This document shows, piece by piece, positions 1 to 11,114 of a stretch of 64,000 nt of DNA. Position 1 is the first letter of the stretch, and every line of letters starts with the position of its first letter. A model generated the notes under the pieces. It did no database searches, was not told the origin of the DNA, and saw only the letters and a program-made list of their open reading frames with translations. This stretch comes from Octopus vulgaris (Eukaryota): the NCBI GenBank assembly GCA_951406725.2, contig OX597816.1:78182001-78246000 (forward strand), given 5' to 3'. The translations under genes and the position numbers were made by a program.

Positions 1-185
1 TGAAGGCAAGTAGTGATATGCCATATAACAGACAAGTCCAAATCATGTCAACAATGACAAAATAAGAAATAGCTTTAACTGATAATAAATATTAAGTTTT
101 GCTGATTGAAGCTTATCTCTGCTCTATAAAATTCATGATTTGTTTTAAGTTGGAAGTTGTGATGTTCATGCTTTGTTAAATGCAA

Positions 186-413
186 TAATCCTTTAGCATT
201 CAGATTACTCTGTCTAATGTAATGCTTATTTATTCATATCGTTTTGAATTAATTATGCATTATCTTTTAGCTTTGCAATTTCGATGATGTGATTGTTTAT
301 TTTCAGAATGACAAATCAGGATATGATTGAGAAGCAGGATCAGGTCAGTTTAAACATAAAACAGGTAGAATATTTGGGCCAGATATGGCTGGTTCAAATG
401 CTAAAAGGGTTAA
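186..413. mobile_element. piggyBac-like MITE (TIR cctttagcatt..aatgctaaaaggg)
   Basis: Short TIRs next to (T)TAA; second copy at 34751-34952. Confidence 0.65.
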
Positions 414-1587
414 TGCTAAAAATGAAGTGAAATGGTTATAAACCCAGTCAGCTGAAAGCTTACCTCTGCACTTCAGCACTAATAACTTAAGTATTCAGTA
501 CAAATGCTACTTATTATTATACCAAGAGTAATAAATGAATATTGCTTTAACTAGGAGCACAACACAGTGGTTGACATAAGATATAGATTTATGACTATGT
601 GGTCAATATTCCAGGCCATTAAGCTCATAACTATTTTTCAATAAATAAAGTTTTTAACAAAAATCAGAGCTTGATAACATGCATGATTATTGAATCTACA
701 TATTTAGCATTATGACTATTGTACATGAGAGCACCAATGAGAAATATGATAGTTACTTTAGATGCAAAATCAAGAAAATTTAAATCTCAGAAATGACATT
801 GGTTTTATATTCCTATATAAATCTATGATTCAAGTATTCAAGTTAAAATAATTTCCCAGTTTGGATATGTGGGGGAAAAGAGAGACCAGAATCTTGATGA
901 TTCAAGTAAAGCCCTTCAAGTGACTAACAAAATTATTCAAAAAATGTTTATGTTAGCATAGAGATATATCCACAAAAAAAGAAAAAAAAAAGAGATGGGA
1001 AAGTATGGTAAAGACAGGGGAGATAACCAAGTTAAAGGCACATTGATAGAAGGTCAGTGACCAGAGTAAGAGTGAAATTTGGAGAGGAAGGACAATAATG
1101 AATTAAACAGAGGGTAATATGCATCCTAGATGAGGAAAGTGGGATAAAATTTGAAACTGATATTGAAACAATATGATTATGTAAACATGTGTATCAACTG
1201 TACCAATGTACATAAACACATTAATACAATAAATTTAGGAAAATAGAAATGATTTTTTATTTGTTTTGACAAGAAAATGTAATGCACAGAAGTAGGAAGC
1301 AAGAATCTGTGTCAGTATGTATATGTATACAAGTTTTCTGAAGGTTCGAAGTAGCACTGCATTAGAAAAAATGTATTAGGGAGGAATTATAAAGGTAAAG
1401 AAGAAGGTCACTACTGGGTAAGATGGGTGTTTGTTAATGGAGCAGGAAAAAGTGGCAACATTTATCACCATAATGCAGTGAGGAAGAGTGAAGTTTAGAT
1501 AAGATGGGGATATATGTATGTAAATATATATGTAGAAGGTTAAAAAGGAACACACGAGTTGATATATATGGAAAAGTCAAGGTAGAA

Positions 1588-1890
1588 CATGCTAAAATAT
1601 GGCAGTGTCTGCTATAGCCTAGTCACCCATATAGTTAAACAGGTGATACATGAAGGAGTCATGCCCAATGACTGGTGTAGCAGCACCATAATCAACTGCT
1701 ACAAAGGTAAAGGTGACGCTTTAGATACAAATAATTACAGAGGTATCATGTTGTTAGATCAAGTAATGAAGGTCACAGAGAGGGTCATGATCGTTGCTAA
1801 GCATGATCGTTGCCAGGGCTGCTGACTGGCTCCTGTGCCAGTGGCATGTAAAAAGCACCATTCGAGTGTGATTGTTACCAGTGTCGCCTT
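1588..1890 (+). mobile_element. RTE LINE fragment (RT N-terminal piece fused to a 3'UTR piece)
   Basis: CYKGKGDALDTNNYRGI.LLDQVMKVTERV matches the long RTE copy at 51.8 kb. Confidence 0.9.
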
Positions 1891-1891
1891 A

Positions 1892-2260
1892 CTACCCACA
1901 TAGAACTTGTTGCATTTGTTACATTGTATTCTATAGTGTATAGAATACAATGTAACAAATGTAGCAAGTTCTATGTGGGTAGCACAACAAGACCATTCTA
2001 TAGTGTATAGAATTCAATGTAACAAATGTAACATGTTCAATGTGGGTAGCACAACAAGACCGTTACATGTCCACATCAAAGAACCAGAAAACATCTAGAC
2101 AGATGCCGGAACACAGACAAAAGCATGAGTCACAATTGAGGCCAATAAAAGAAATTTGGGTAATTTATGAATTAAGGAAGCTATACTCATACACAGACTA
2201 AGGCCCCAAATTAATAACAGGCTAGAAGTTGGTAGCGCCTGCCTTATGAGCACCAACAAT
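1892..2260 (+). mobile_element. Penelope-like element fragment (GIY-YIG endonuclease) with inverted and tandem 5' duplication
   Basis: IVYRIQCNKCSKFYVGSTTRP and later IKEAILIHRLRPQINNRLE; palindrome 1892-1983. Confidence 0.8.
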
Positions 2261-2451
2261 TTGACCTCTTTGAAAGTCTGATAAATCTGTCATTTTAATG
2301 AATTTTGATTACCTTTTTCCGATGATATCTGAAAAGAAATAGCAATTTTAGCAAAACATTTTAAGCAACACTAATAATAAATAAAAAAAACATGAAAATA
2401 AACAAGCTTTTGATGGTTTTATAGATATTTCAAAATTATGATGCTGTGATG

Positions 2452-2489
<38 letters not shown>

Positions 2490-2730
2490 TTTAAATTTGT
2501 TTATGGGAAATGTTTTGAATATGCAAATAAAGCTCCTGTTCCATTATACCAGCCACCAGTTTTTTAGGGTTGCATCGATCTGTACCAATGTATTGTTGGA
2601 TAGATATAGTGAAAACAACAATAATCCTTGGATGGAATTTATAAATATTTTAATGCATTAAAATATTCATAAATTCTATTCAAGGATTATTGTTATTATT
2701 ACTATATATATCTATATATCTTTATCTATG

Positions 2731-3033
2731 TGAAGGCGCATGGCTCAGTGATTAGAGTGTCAAGCTTACAATCGTAAGGTTGTGTTCTCGAATCCCGGAC
2801 TGGGCTGCGTGTTGTGTTCTTGAGCAAGACACTTTATTTCACGTTGCTCCAGTTCACTCAGCTGTAGAAATGAGTTGCGACATCACAAATGCCAAGCTGT
2901 ATTGACCGTTGCCTTGTATTGACCCTTGGATAACACTGATGGTGTGGAGAGGGGAGGCCGGTATGCATGGGCGACTGCTGGTGTTCCATAAACAACCTTG
3001 CCCTGATTTGTGCCTGGGAGGGTAACTTTCTAT
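2731..3033 (+). mobile_element. tRNA-derived SINE, family A
   Basis: A box TGGCTCAGTG, B-box-like TCGAATCC; reverse-complement copy at 56050-56390. Confidence 0.85.
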
Positions 3034-3370
3034 TGGTTTCTACTGTTGTATGCCCTTCCTAACACCAACCTTTTTACAGAGTGTACTGGGTGCTTTTACA
3101 TGGCACTGGCATGAGTTGCTTTTTATGTGGCACCAGCACAGGACTGTTGCAGGCCAAACTTTTTCACCAGGGGCAGTGAGCTTAACACTTCTGCTGTGGA
3201 GTACAGGTCTTCTTGAGTACAACAAGGCATCAGTTATCTTGGTTCATTGTCATCTTGTCTGAAAGGTTCAGCATCCTGATGATGCCATTAAGTACTTTGT
3301 CCCATGTCTTCCTGAGTCTCCTGCTGCCATGTGTTCCATCTACTTTGAGAGATCTATTCCATCTCTGCCA
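3034..3370 (-). mobile_element. Degenerate RTE 3' fragment
   Basis: LKVDGTHGSRRLRKTWDKVL and the family 3'UTR. Confidence 0.75.
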
Positions 3371-3824
3371 TGACACAGTCAGTGAATGGATGACAGTGTT
3401 AGAGAGAGAGAGGGGGGAGGGAGAGAGAGAGAGTATAGGTATATATGTGTATTGTTTGTGTGAAGCTATAGGCAAAGCTGCACATTTCAGACATTAAAAA
3501 AAAAGAAAACAAAACAAAAAACCTGCTGGTTTCAAATATGCCAAGTCTCACTGATCCTACCTTACAAACATTCGAGAATGTTGTGTCACAGCATGTGCAA
3601 GTAGAATTAATGGTGAATAGATAGCAACCATAACATGTGAGTAGGAAACAAAAATAGAAAAAGATCATGAGGAAATATTTGAAAACTTCTAATATCACTT
3701 AAGAAAGGTGTGAATATCACAATCACTATTTACTCTATATTAGTTTTTGAAATACTGCTGGCAGTAGGCATGTAGTATTTGCCAGTATGGGGTGTATTGC
3801 CAGTAGAGATAGTTTGAGTAAAGG

Positions 3825-3867
<43 letters not shown>

Positions 3868-3929
3868 TGATGATGATGTTGTTGATGATGATGATGATGA
3901 TGATGATTATGATGATGATGATGATCATC

Positions 3930-3986
<57 letters not shown>

Positions 3987-4050
3987 TGTCGTCGTCGTCG
4001 TCGTCACCACCACCACCACCACCACCACCACCACCACCACCACCACCACC
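3825..4050. repeat. Compound trinucleotide microsatellite (TAA)n(TGA)n(TCA)n(TCG)n(CCA)n
   Basis: Read directly; abuts the tail of the RTE copy at 4051. Confidence 0.97.
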
Positions 4051-4797
4051 ATTTAACATCCATTTTCCATTCTGGTACAGGAAGCACAGCTTGACAGGAA
4101 CTTATAAGACCAGGGGTTGCATCATAGTCTGTTTTGGCTTGGTTTCTATGGCTAGATGCCCTTCCTAAAGCCAACCAATTTACAGAATGTTCTGGGTGCT
4201 TTTTATGTGTCACCATTGTCAGTGCTTTTTATGTGGAACCAGCGCCAGCGCTTTTAATATGGCACCAGCACCAATGCTTCTTATGACACCAGCATCTGCA
4301 CAATGCTTTTTACATGGCACCTTGGTTTTAGGATCTCAGTTTTGTTGTGGTAGGTGGGTCTTCTTTAGTACAGCAATGTACCACATATCTCAGTCCTGTG
4401 TCATCTCCTTTGCAAGGTTCAGCATTTTGAGATTGGCCTTCAATACTTCATCCCATGTCTTCCTGGGTCTCTTTCTTCCACAACCTCCCTCCACTTTAAG
4501 TGATCAGCACCTAATGCAACTGTTCTCATCCATCTGAATCACATGACCAAATCAGCACGGTCTTCTCTCTTACACATTGTATATGACTGCATATAAGTCC
4601 TCTTATTCCCAAATTCTTTCTCAATACACTAATGCTCTGTCGCACATGCACACTGACATCACACATCCAGTAGAGCATACTAGCTTTGTTCCTCTCCAGC
4701 TTTTGCATATCCTCCACTTTCAGGGTCCACATCTCACTACCATGCAACATTGCAGTTTGTACACATGCATCATACAATCTTCCCTTCTCTCACAAGG
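4051..4797 (-). mobile_element. RTE LINE 3' fragment
   Basis: YDACVQTAMLHGSEMWTLKVEDMQKLERNKASML plus 3'UTR. Confidence 0.88.
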
Positions 4798-6164
4798 ATA
4801 ATTTTTTAAGATTGATCTAGCCACATGAAATAAGGAACTAAAAGGCTTGAAAGAAACTAAGGAATGAAAAAGGAGTGTGGGAATGTGAAATAAAAGATGT
4901 TAACTAACTATAACCAAGTGATTGGGGCTAACAAAAGAGTACTTTTATTTTTTTGATATCTGTATGTAGAATATGTCATTGGATTCATAAAAGTCTTGTG
5001 AAGCTCTTGTGAGGAATCATTTCAATCTTTAAAGATTTTATTCTTTTTGTGAATAGAAAGAGTGGTATATCCTTGGGTGATCTTGTCTTGTCTTGAGACA
5101 GCATTCACCTGGGGTGGGTTGAGCTGGCTTCATTCATCCTCAATGCTCCCTCTCTCACAAACGCCAACTAGACCTGGCGATTTGAGGCTAACGACCGCGT
5201 GATCTCCAACCACTCCTTATTCCAGCGGTGAATGCCATAGATTGGGTGATACATTTGGAAGAGGCTAGATTACAAATTTTGTATGCATTCCCAAAGGAAA
5301 TTCTTTCTGCTTTAAGTTTTGTCTCAGAAGCATATGTGAAATACATTTGATACCATTTATTAGTCAATATAGATTTCACTAACTGATGTAAACTCCCCGA
5401 GAATGTAAGTGGACACTTTGTGTGTTATAGTAAGTTTTATAATGGTATTGGAGTGTTATATGGCTGCTTGAATATTTTGAAAATACCTCACAGAGTGACA
5501 ACTATTCCTTGCATAGTTAGCAGGTGCCCTTTCACAAGGTATAACACCTATTCAGCCAGCCTGCTAGGGATATGATGAAGTCATGGAACTGCAGTATGGT
5601 GGATTGTGAAGAAGTAGTGGAAGAGCTCAACTGCACCAATGGTGCTTCTTACATTTATGCTGACCAGAGGAATCCTAGATCAATGATCAGGATCACCAAG
5701 TTCACACACACACACATTAGTGTGTGTATGTGTATATTCATTTCTTATTTTGTCTCAAAGACAGCAATTTTGAGGGGTGGAAAAGTTAATTACATTGACC
5801 TCAGTGATCAACTGGTGCTTATTTTATTGACTGTGAAAGGATGAAAGGCAAAGTCGACCTCAACAGAATTTGAACTCAATGATTCAGCCACCTTATTTTA
5901 TGTATGTACACACACACACACACACACACACACACTCATGCACACACGCACGCACACACACATGCATGCACACACCCACACACACATGTATATATAAAAT
6001 ATATGAGGAATTTTCATCAGGGTGATTCAAACTAATAGGTATGCACTTTGAGCGCTAAATTGGTATGTTACTAAAATTCTGGTTTGAACTGCAGTTGAGT
6101 CAGTGTGTGTGTATGGAAAGCATTGCAGTTCACTTGAAACATTGTAGTACAGGAGTAGAATAAT

Positions 6165-6420
6165 AAATGAAATAAGAAATGAGTAAAGCTTCTAACAATG
6201 CAGAAAGTTTTAAAAACCTTTATACTTCAGGTGCAAAGGCCTATCTTTAGAAGGATACAGTCAAAGAAAGGTGTGTGTACATGAATGCTACCATTTTGGA
6301 TATCTAAAATGGCAGGATCAGTGTAGACACACCTTTCTTTGACTGTGACCTTTGCACCTGAAATCTAAAGTCTTTTTTAAACTTTCTGCATTATTAGAAG
6401 CTTTCCTTATTTCTCATTTT
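6165..6420. repeat. Long imperfect palindrome centred near 6300
   Basis: Arm cagtcaaagaaaggtgtg mirrored by cacacctttctttgactg; further matches outward. Confidence 0.85.
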
Positions 6421-6429
6421 ATATATATA

Positions 6430-7715
6430 CAGGGTGCAATGGCTAAATTGTTACCATTTTATATTTTTGATTTTGCACATGCACATTGTTTGTTTTTGAT
6501 TTTGTTGACTACACTGTATAGTTGGGTCAGCCGGGCACTGTCTGTGAGAAAAACAGCACCATGACGCAATTCACTCTGCCAGAAATTTGGAAAGAACTTG
6601 CTGTGCTGCTTGGCAGTTGTGCCAAAAGCTCCAATGCAAATATTTCAGAGTGTTTGGGTGTTAATCTGAGTACAGTGCAGAGGATTTGAAAAGAGTTGGA
6701 TGAATCTAATGATGATTACAAAAGTATGGCAGCTTGCAAACTCACTCTGAATGTTCTGATAAGAAAAGTGCTCCTGAATTTATTGGTGAGATTCAGACCA
6801 TGATTGACAATGAACCCTCCAAGTCAATCAGGTCCATTGCCAAGGACATGGGAGTTTCTTATCAGGCAGGTAATGTGTGAAAACATTCGGTATTCCTCAT
6901 ACAAGATGAGAAAGGGCCAATTTTTATCTCAAGCCATCAAGGACAAGAGGAAAGACCATGCCACAAAGCTTTTGAAGAAACTCAAGAATCCCTTCCAATC
7001 AAACATGCTTTGGTTTTTCTCAGATGAGAAAAATTTCTGCCAGGATCAGATGGTGAATGCACAGATCAACCATTGGCTTGCCATGTCACCAAAACATGTA
7101 CCAAGAGGGATAAAAGTCAAACAACCAGTCAGCATCATGGTGTTTGGAGTGAATCACTAGTGATGGCGACATTATACCTCCATTCATCTTCCAACATGGC
7201 CTCAGACTCAACATGGAGGGCTACATCAAGTGCCTGGAGGAAGTAGTGCTGCCCTGAGTCAAGAGGATGGCTGCAGGAAGACTCTGTGTCTGGCAACAGG
7301 ACTCTGCACCATGCCACACAAGCAGAAGAGCCCAGTCATGGCTGTCAGACAATTTCTGCAACCACATCAACCCTAACATCTGGCCACCTAACTCCCCAAA
7401 CAGCAACCCCCTTTATTATGTGTGGGGCACAGTTTGAGCAAGAAACCAACAAAACTCCTTGTAATACCAACGATGAACTGAAGGCAAGGATTATAGCAGC
7501 ATTCACCAACAGGAAACCATCCAGAAGAGTTGCAGAAGATTCCGAAGTCATCTGAAGGCCGTGGTTGAAGCCAATGACAATTTTACAGAATAAACTTACT
7601 CTTTAGTATTTCAGGATTTTTTATGTAATTTTGGTAAATATATCTGTTAAAATGAGATGTCAGTGTTATTTTCATTTTTATATAATTTAGATGACAGTTT
7701 ATTCATTGCACCCTG
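6430..7715 (+). mobile_element. Full-length defective Tc1/mariner element, DD37D (maT-type)
   Basis: TIR CAGGGTGCAATG at both ends, TA flanks; WFFSDEKNF, QQDSAPCH, WPPNSPNSNPL with 37 residues after the second D; third D lost, stops and frameshifts. Confidence 0.92.
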
Positions 7716-8867
7716 TATATATGTATATATAGTTCCCTACATAGTTACCTGTCTACCAAATTCAGCTTAAAAAGCATAAACCAACCTGAGCTCACAGAAG
7801 AAAACACTTTTCCAAAGTGCTCCTGCAGTGAAATGGTATCTGTAGTCAAATAAATGTGAAGCATACTCAACTACACAGGTATGTTTGCATTTCTAAAAGT
7901 ATTAAAATTAATTTTCATCTTGAAACATAGCATCACATACCCCATCTTGCTCTTTCTCAAACTACTGAAGTTTTGATTTGAAAAATCCAATAGAAAGATT
8001 TTGTCAATCACTTGAACAATAAGTTAAAAGCTAAATGTCACAAATGTTTTATTTCTCTATGGAAAGATATTACACATATTTCCAAAGCTACCTAGTCTAC
8101 TGTATAACTTCTATAAAAATAGATAACTTAGATTACATGTCAACAAGTAACAATGAAAGATTTAACCTTTAAGCTTCCACCTTTGTTGTCTGATAGGTAC
8201 ATTTTTAGTGTTTATTCACTGATATAAAAATAAAGGTTAAATATTTACATCTATTTAATATTTATATCTATTTTCTTAATGCTACAGAAATTCTCATTCA
8301 CTGGTAGGCTATTTAATTTAAAACAGGTCATGCATGTTAAGATAAACACCAAATGAAGATGGTGAAATAAATATATTAGCTCTCAGAAACAAAAGTATAA
8401 ACACTTGGATTTAATTAATTTCTTTATTTACAAACAAATGATTTGCATATTTAGTCTTAATGTATTCCAACAATGTGTGACACTGGAGAACAGCTTCTTC
8501 CATTTATGACAACAGTAAATCAAATTATTATACATGTAAAGAGTGGCAGTGTTAAGTAATAAATTCTTTTTTATTTTGTTTCAAGTGTGAGTGAGGCCAG
8601 AAGTAGAGTTCAGTTTTATTGTTCAATCCAAATAATCAGTAGGTCTGATCACTCATTGACAAACCTATCTTATAAAGAAAAATCAAGTTGCTGATGCTAT
8701 CATTGGGTAACAGATAAATCACATGAAATATAAAACAAAACTATAATTTTCTGGACTGTTTGTTATATCTTCAGAATGTATAATAGCAATATTTATATTT
8801 ACACTATGTTCCAGTCTCTACTGTCATCTGTTGTCTTATTTTTGGATATATATATATACATATATAC

Positions 8868-9063
8868 TGTGCAGGTGGCACGTAAAAAGCACCCACTACA
8901 CTCACGGAGTGGTTGGCGTTAGGAAGGGCATCCAGCTGTAGAAACATTGCCAGATTAGACTGGAGCCTGGTGCAGCCTTCTGGCTTCCCAGAACCCCGGT
9001 CGAACCGTCCAACCCATGCTAGCATGGAGAACAGACGTTAAACGACGATGATGATGATGATGA
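8868..9063 (+). mobile_element. RTE 3'-end stub with (GAT)n tail
   Basis: Near-identical to the 3' end of the 49.5 kb copy; similar stubs near 9900, 10300-10540, 13400-13740, 38130-38350, 46285-46640, 53285-53836, 55280-55750 (+) and 23000-23500, 45350-45720, 47180-47470, 48443-48710, 49140-49320 (-). Confidence 0.9.
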
Positions 9064-10644
9064 CATACACACACACATATATATATATATGTCTTCGTCT
9101 TTTGGGTTTTTTTTTCGTGAACTCTCCCTATATATATGTATATGGCCTTAGAGTAGATTCCAACTGGGAGCCTTATTTCAAACTAAGAAAATTAATGGAG
9201 ATAGGGAAACTGTCCATAGCCTTTACAGACCTCCAATCACAGGATTGGTGATATCAATGCTGTTAACATTCTGCTTAAAATTCACCTCAGTGGGGAAAAA
9301 TATTTGCAGGGTAGGAATTCAGGACGGACAATATTTTGGGAAGGTTGGACACAACATAAATGATGAGAGAAAGAGAGATAAGGGAGGTGAAAGTATTGGA
9401 ATGGAAGTAGTATGAAACCAACCAGCTTTAGGGAGAGCAAGAAATCAACCAGGTTCAAGGAGAATGATTTTTATGCTAATCAGTCAAGTGACTCTTCTCT
9501 GGATCTGGTCTAGGATGTGAGTGTAGTTATGGATTTGGAGGAAGAAGCTTATGAAAAGTTTAGGGTGTAGCTACATTGATGCTAGTAGAAAGTAGAGTTG
9601 AAGAGATGTGTTCTTAAATTCTGGCAAGTATTAACTTCTTATTGTGACTGATTGGTTCTTTCTTATACAAAAGTTGTCAAGCTAGCGAAGTGCTTCTTTT
9701 TTTGCAGAAGTTGGTATGCCAAAATGCCATATTAGTCAAAAGCATAATAACCAAAAGATAAATTGGTTTGAGAGATAAACTTATCAAAAAGCATCAAATT
9801 CATTAAAAGACATATTTGTTGAAAAATGTAGAAGACTGTATTTATTAATTTTAAGCAACTTATTGAGAAGGAAATCAAACTTCAAAATATTTGTTGGCGA
9901 TGTCCAACCCGTGCTAGCGCGGAAAACGGACGTTAAACGATGATGATGATGATGATGATGATGAGTGTACTATTTTGCAGAAGTGGCTTAGTTATTTTTT
10001 TTATACAACACCTATTGTAACTATTGGTATTGTGTTAAACACATAAACACAAACAAGGACACAGACACACAAACACATTATCTCCCTCTCACCTTTTGCA
10101 ACCTTACTCATCACTCACCCTATCCAATCCCTGGTCCATCTCACTATATACACCTCCCTGTAACTTGGGTGTATGCTCTATCACATCTTCAACAACTTAT
10201 CTCTCTCCAACTAAGGTAGCCATGTGTCTCCCCTACTGCAAGACATCTATTTTTGTCCCCTCTACTCATACTCTAACTTATCATCTGGCACAAAGCCATT
10301 TTTCTCAATACTACTCTCTTGCCCCTCAGTTGAGGGGGTCTTGTCTTGCAAGTCATTCGGTGACTTCACTGCTGTTGGCACACTCTATAAAGTGGTTTGC
10401 ATTAGGAAGGGCATCAAGTCATAGAAACCATGCCAAAGCAGACAGTAGAGCTTGACACAGTCTTCTGATTTACCAGCTCCTGTCAAAACTGTCCAATTCA
10501 AGCTAACATGGAAGGTCATTAAATGATGATGATGATGATAAGCTTCTTTCATTTTGTGCATTAAGATCCCTATGACAACTTCAAACTTCACATTGCTTGT
10601 AGACACACAAACATATACACACACACACACACATACTTATATAC

Positions 10645-10802
10645 GACGGGTTTCTTTCAGTTTCCATCTACCAAATCCACTCACAAGGCTTTGGTCGGCT
10701 CAAGGCTATAGTAGAAGACACTTGCCCAAGGTGCCACACAGTGAAAATGAACCTGGAACCATGTGGTTGGTAAGCAAGCTACTTACCACACAGCCACTCC
10801 TG
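10645..10802 (-). mobile_element. tRNA-derived SINE, family B (abundant)
   Basis: Minus-strand head caggagtggctgtgtggtaagtagc..ggttca; copies near 7735, 11370, 13025, 16620, 33570, 36655, 41360, 46033, 47050, 54680, 57635. Confidence 0.85.
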
Positions 10803-11065
10803 TGTAAAGGTGTTAAAATACACACAATTATAATTCATAATTGCTTTTGCCTTTTTCTTTGAAAACTGTTAATATTTCAATGCTTATTCCACTTTTTATT
10901 ACTGTTTTCAATTAATTCGACTTTCAACCAGTATGTGTTTCAACAAATATTTTTGATGAATGGTCTGTCACACACACACACAGTCAGGAAGTGTGAGAGA
11001 AAGAGGGAGAGGGAAAAAACGAATGGCAGCATATTCATATTGTTTTCTCTCTCTGTGTATGTGTG

Positions 11066-11114
<49 letters not shown>

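Noticed and set aside
464-550. Minus-strand exon with strong donor GAG|GTAAGC
   Set aside because: Stops in all three frames; at most non-coding and unsupported
3735-4216. Poly-His/Met/Val/Pro/Trp ORFs
   Set aside because: Translations of a trinucleotide microsatellite
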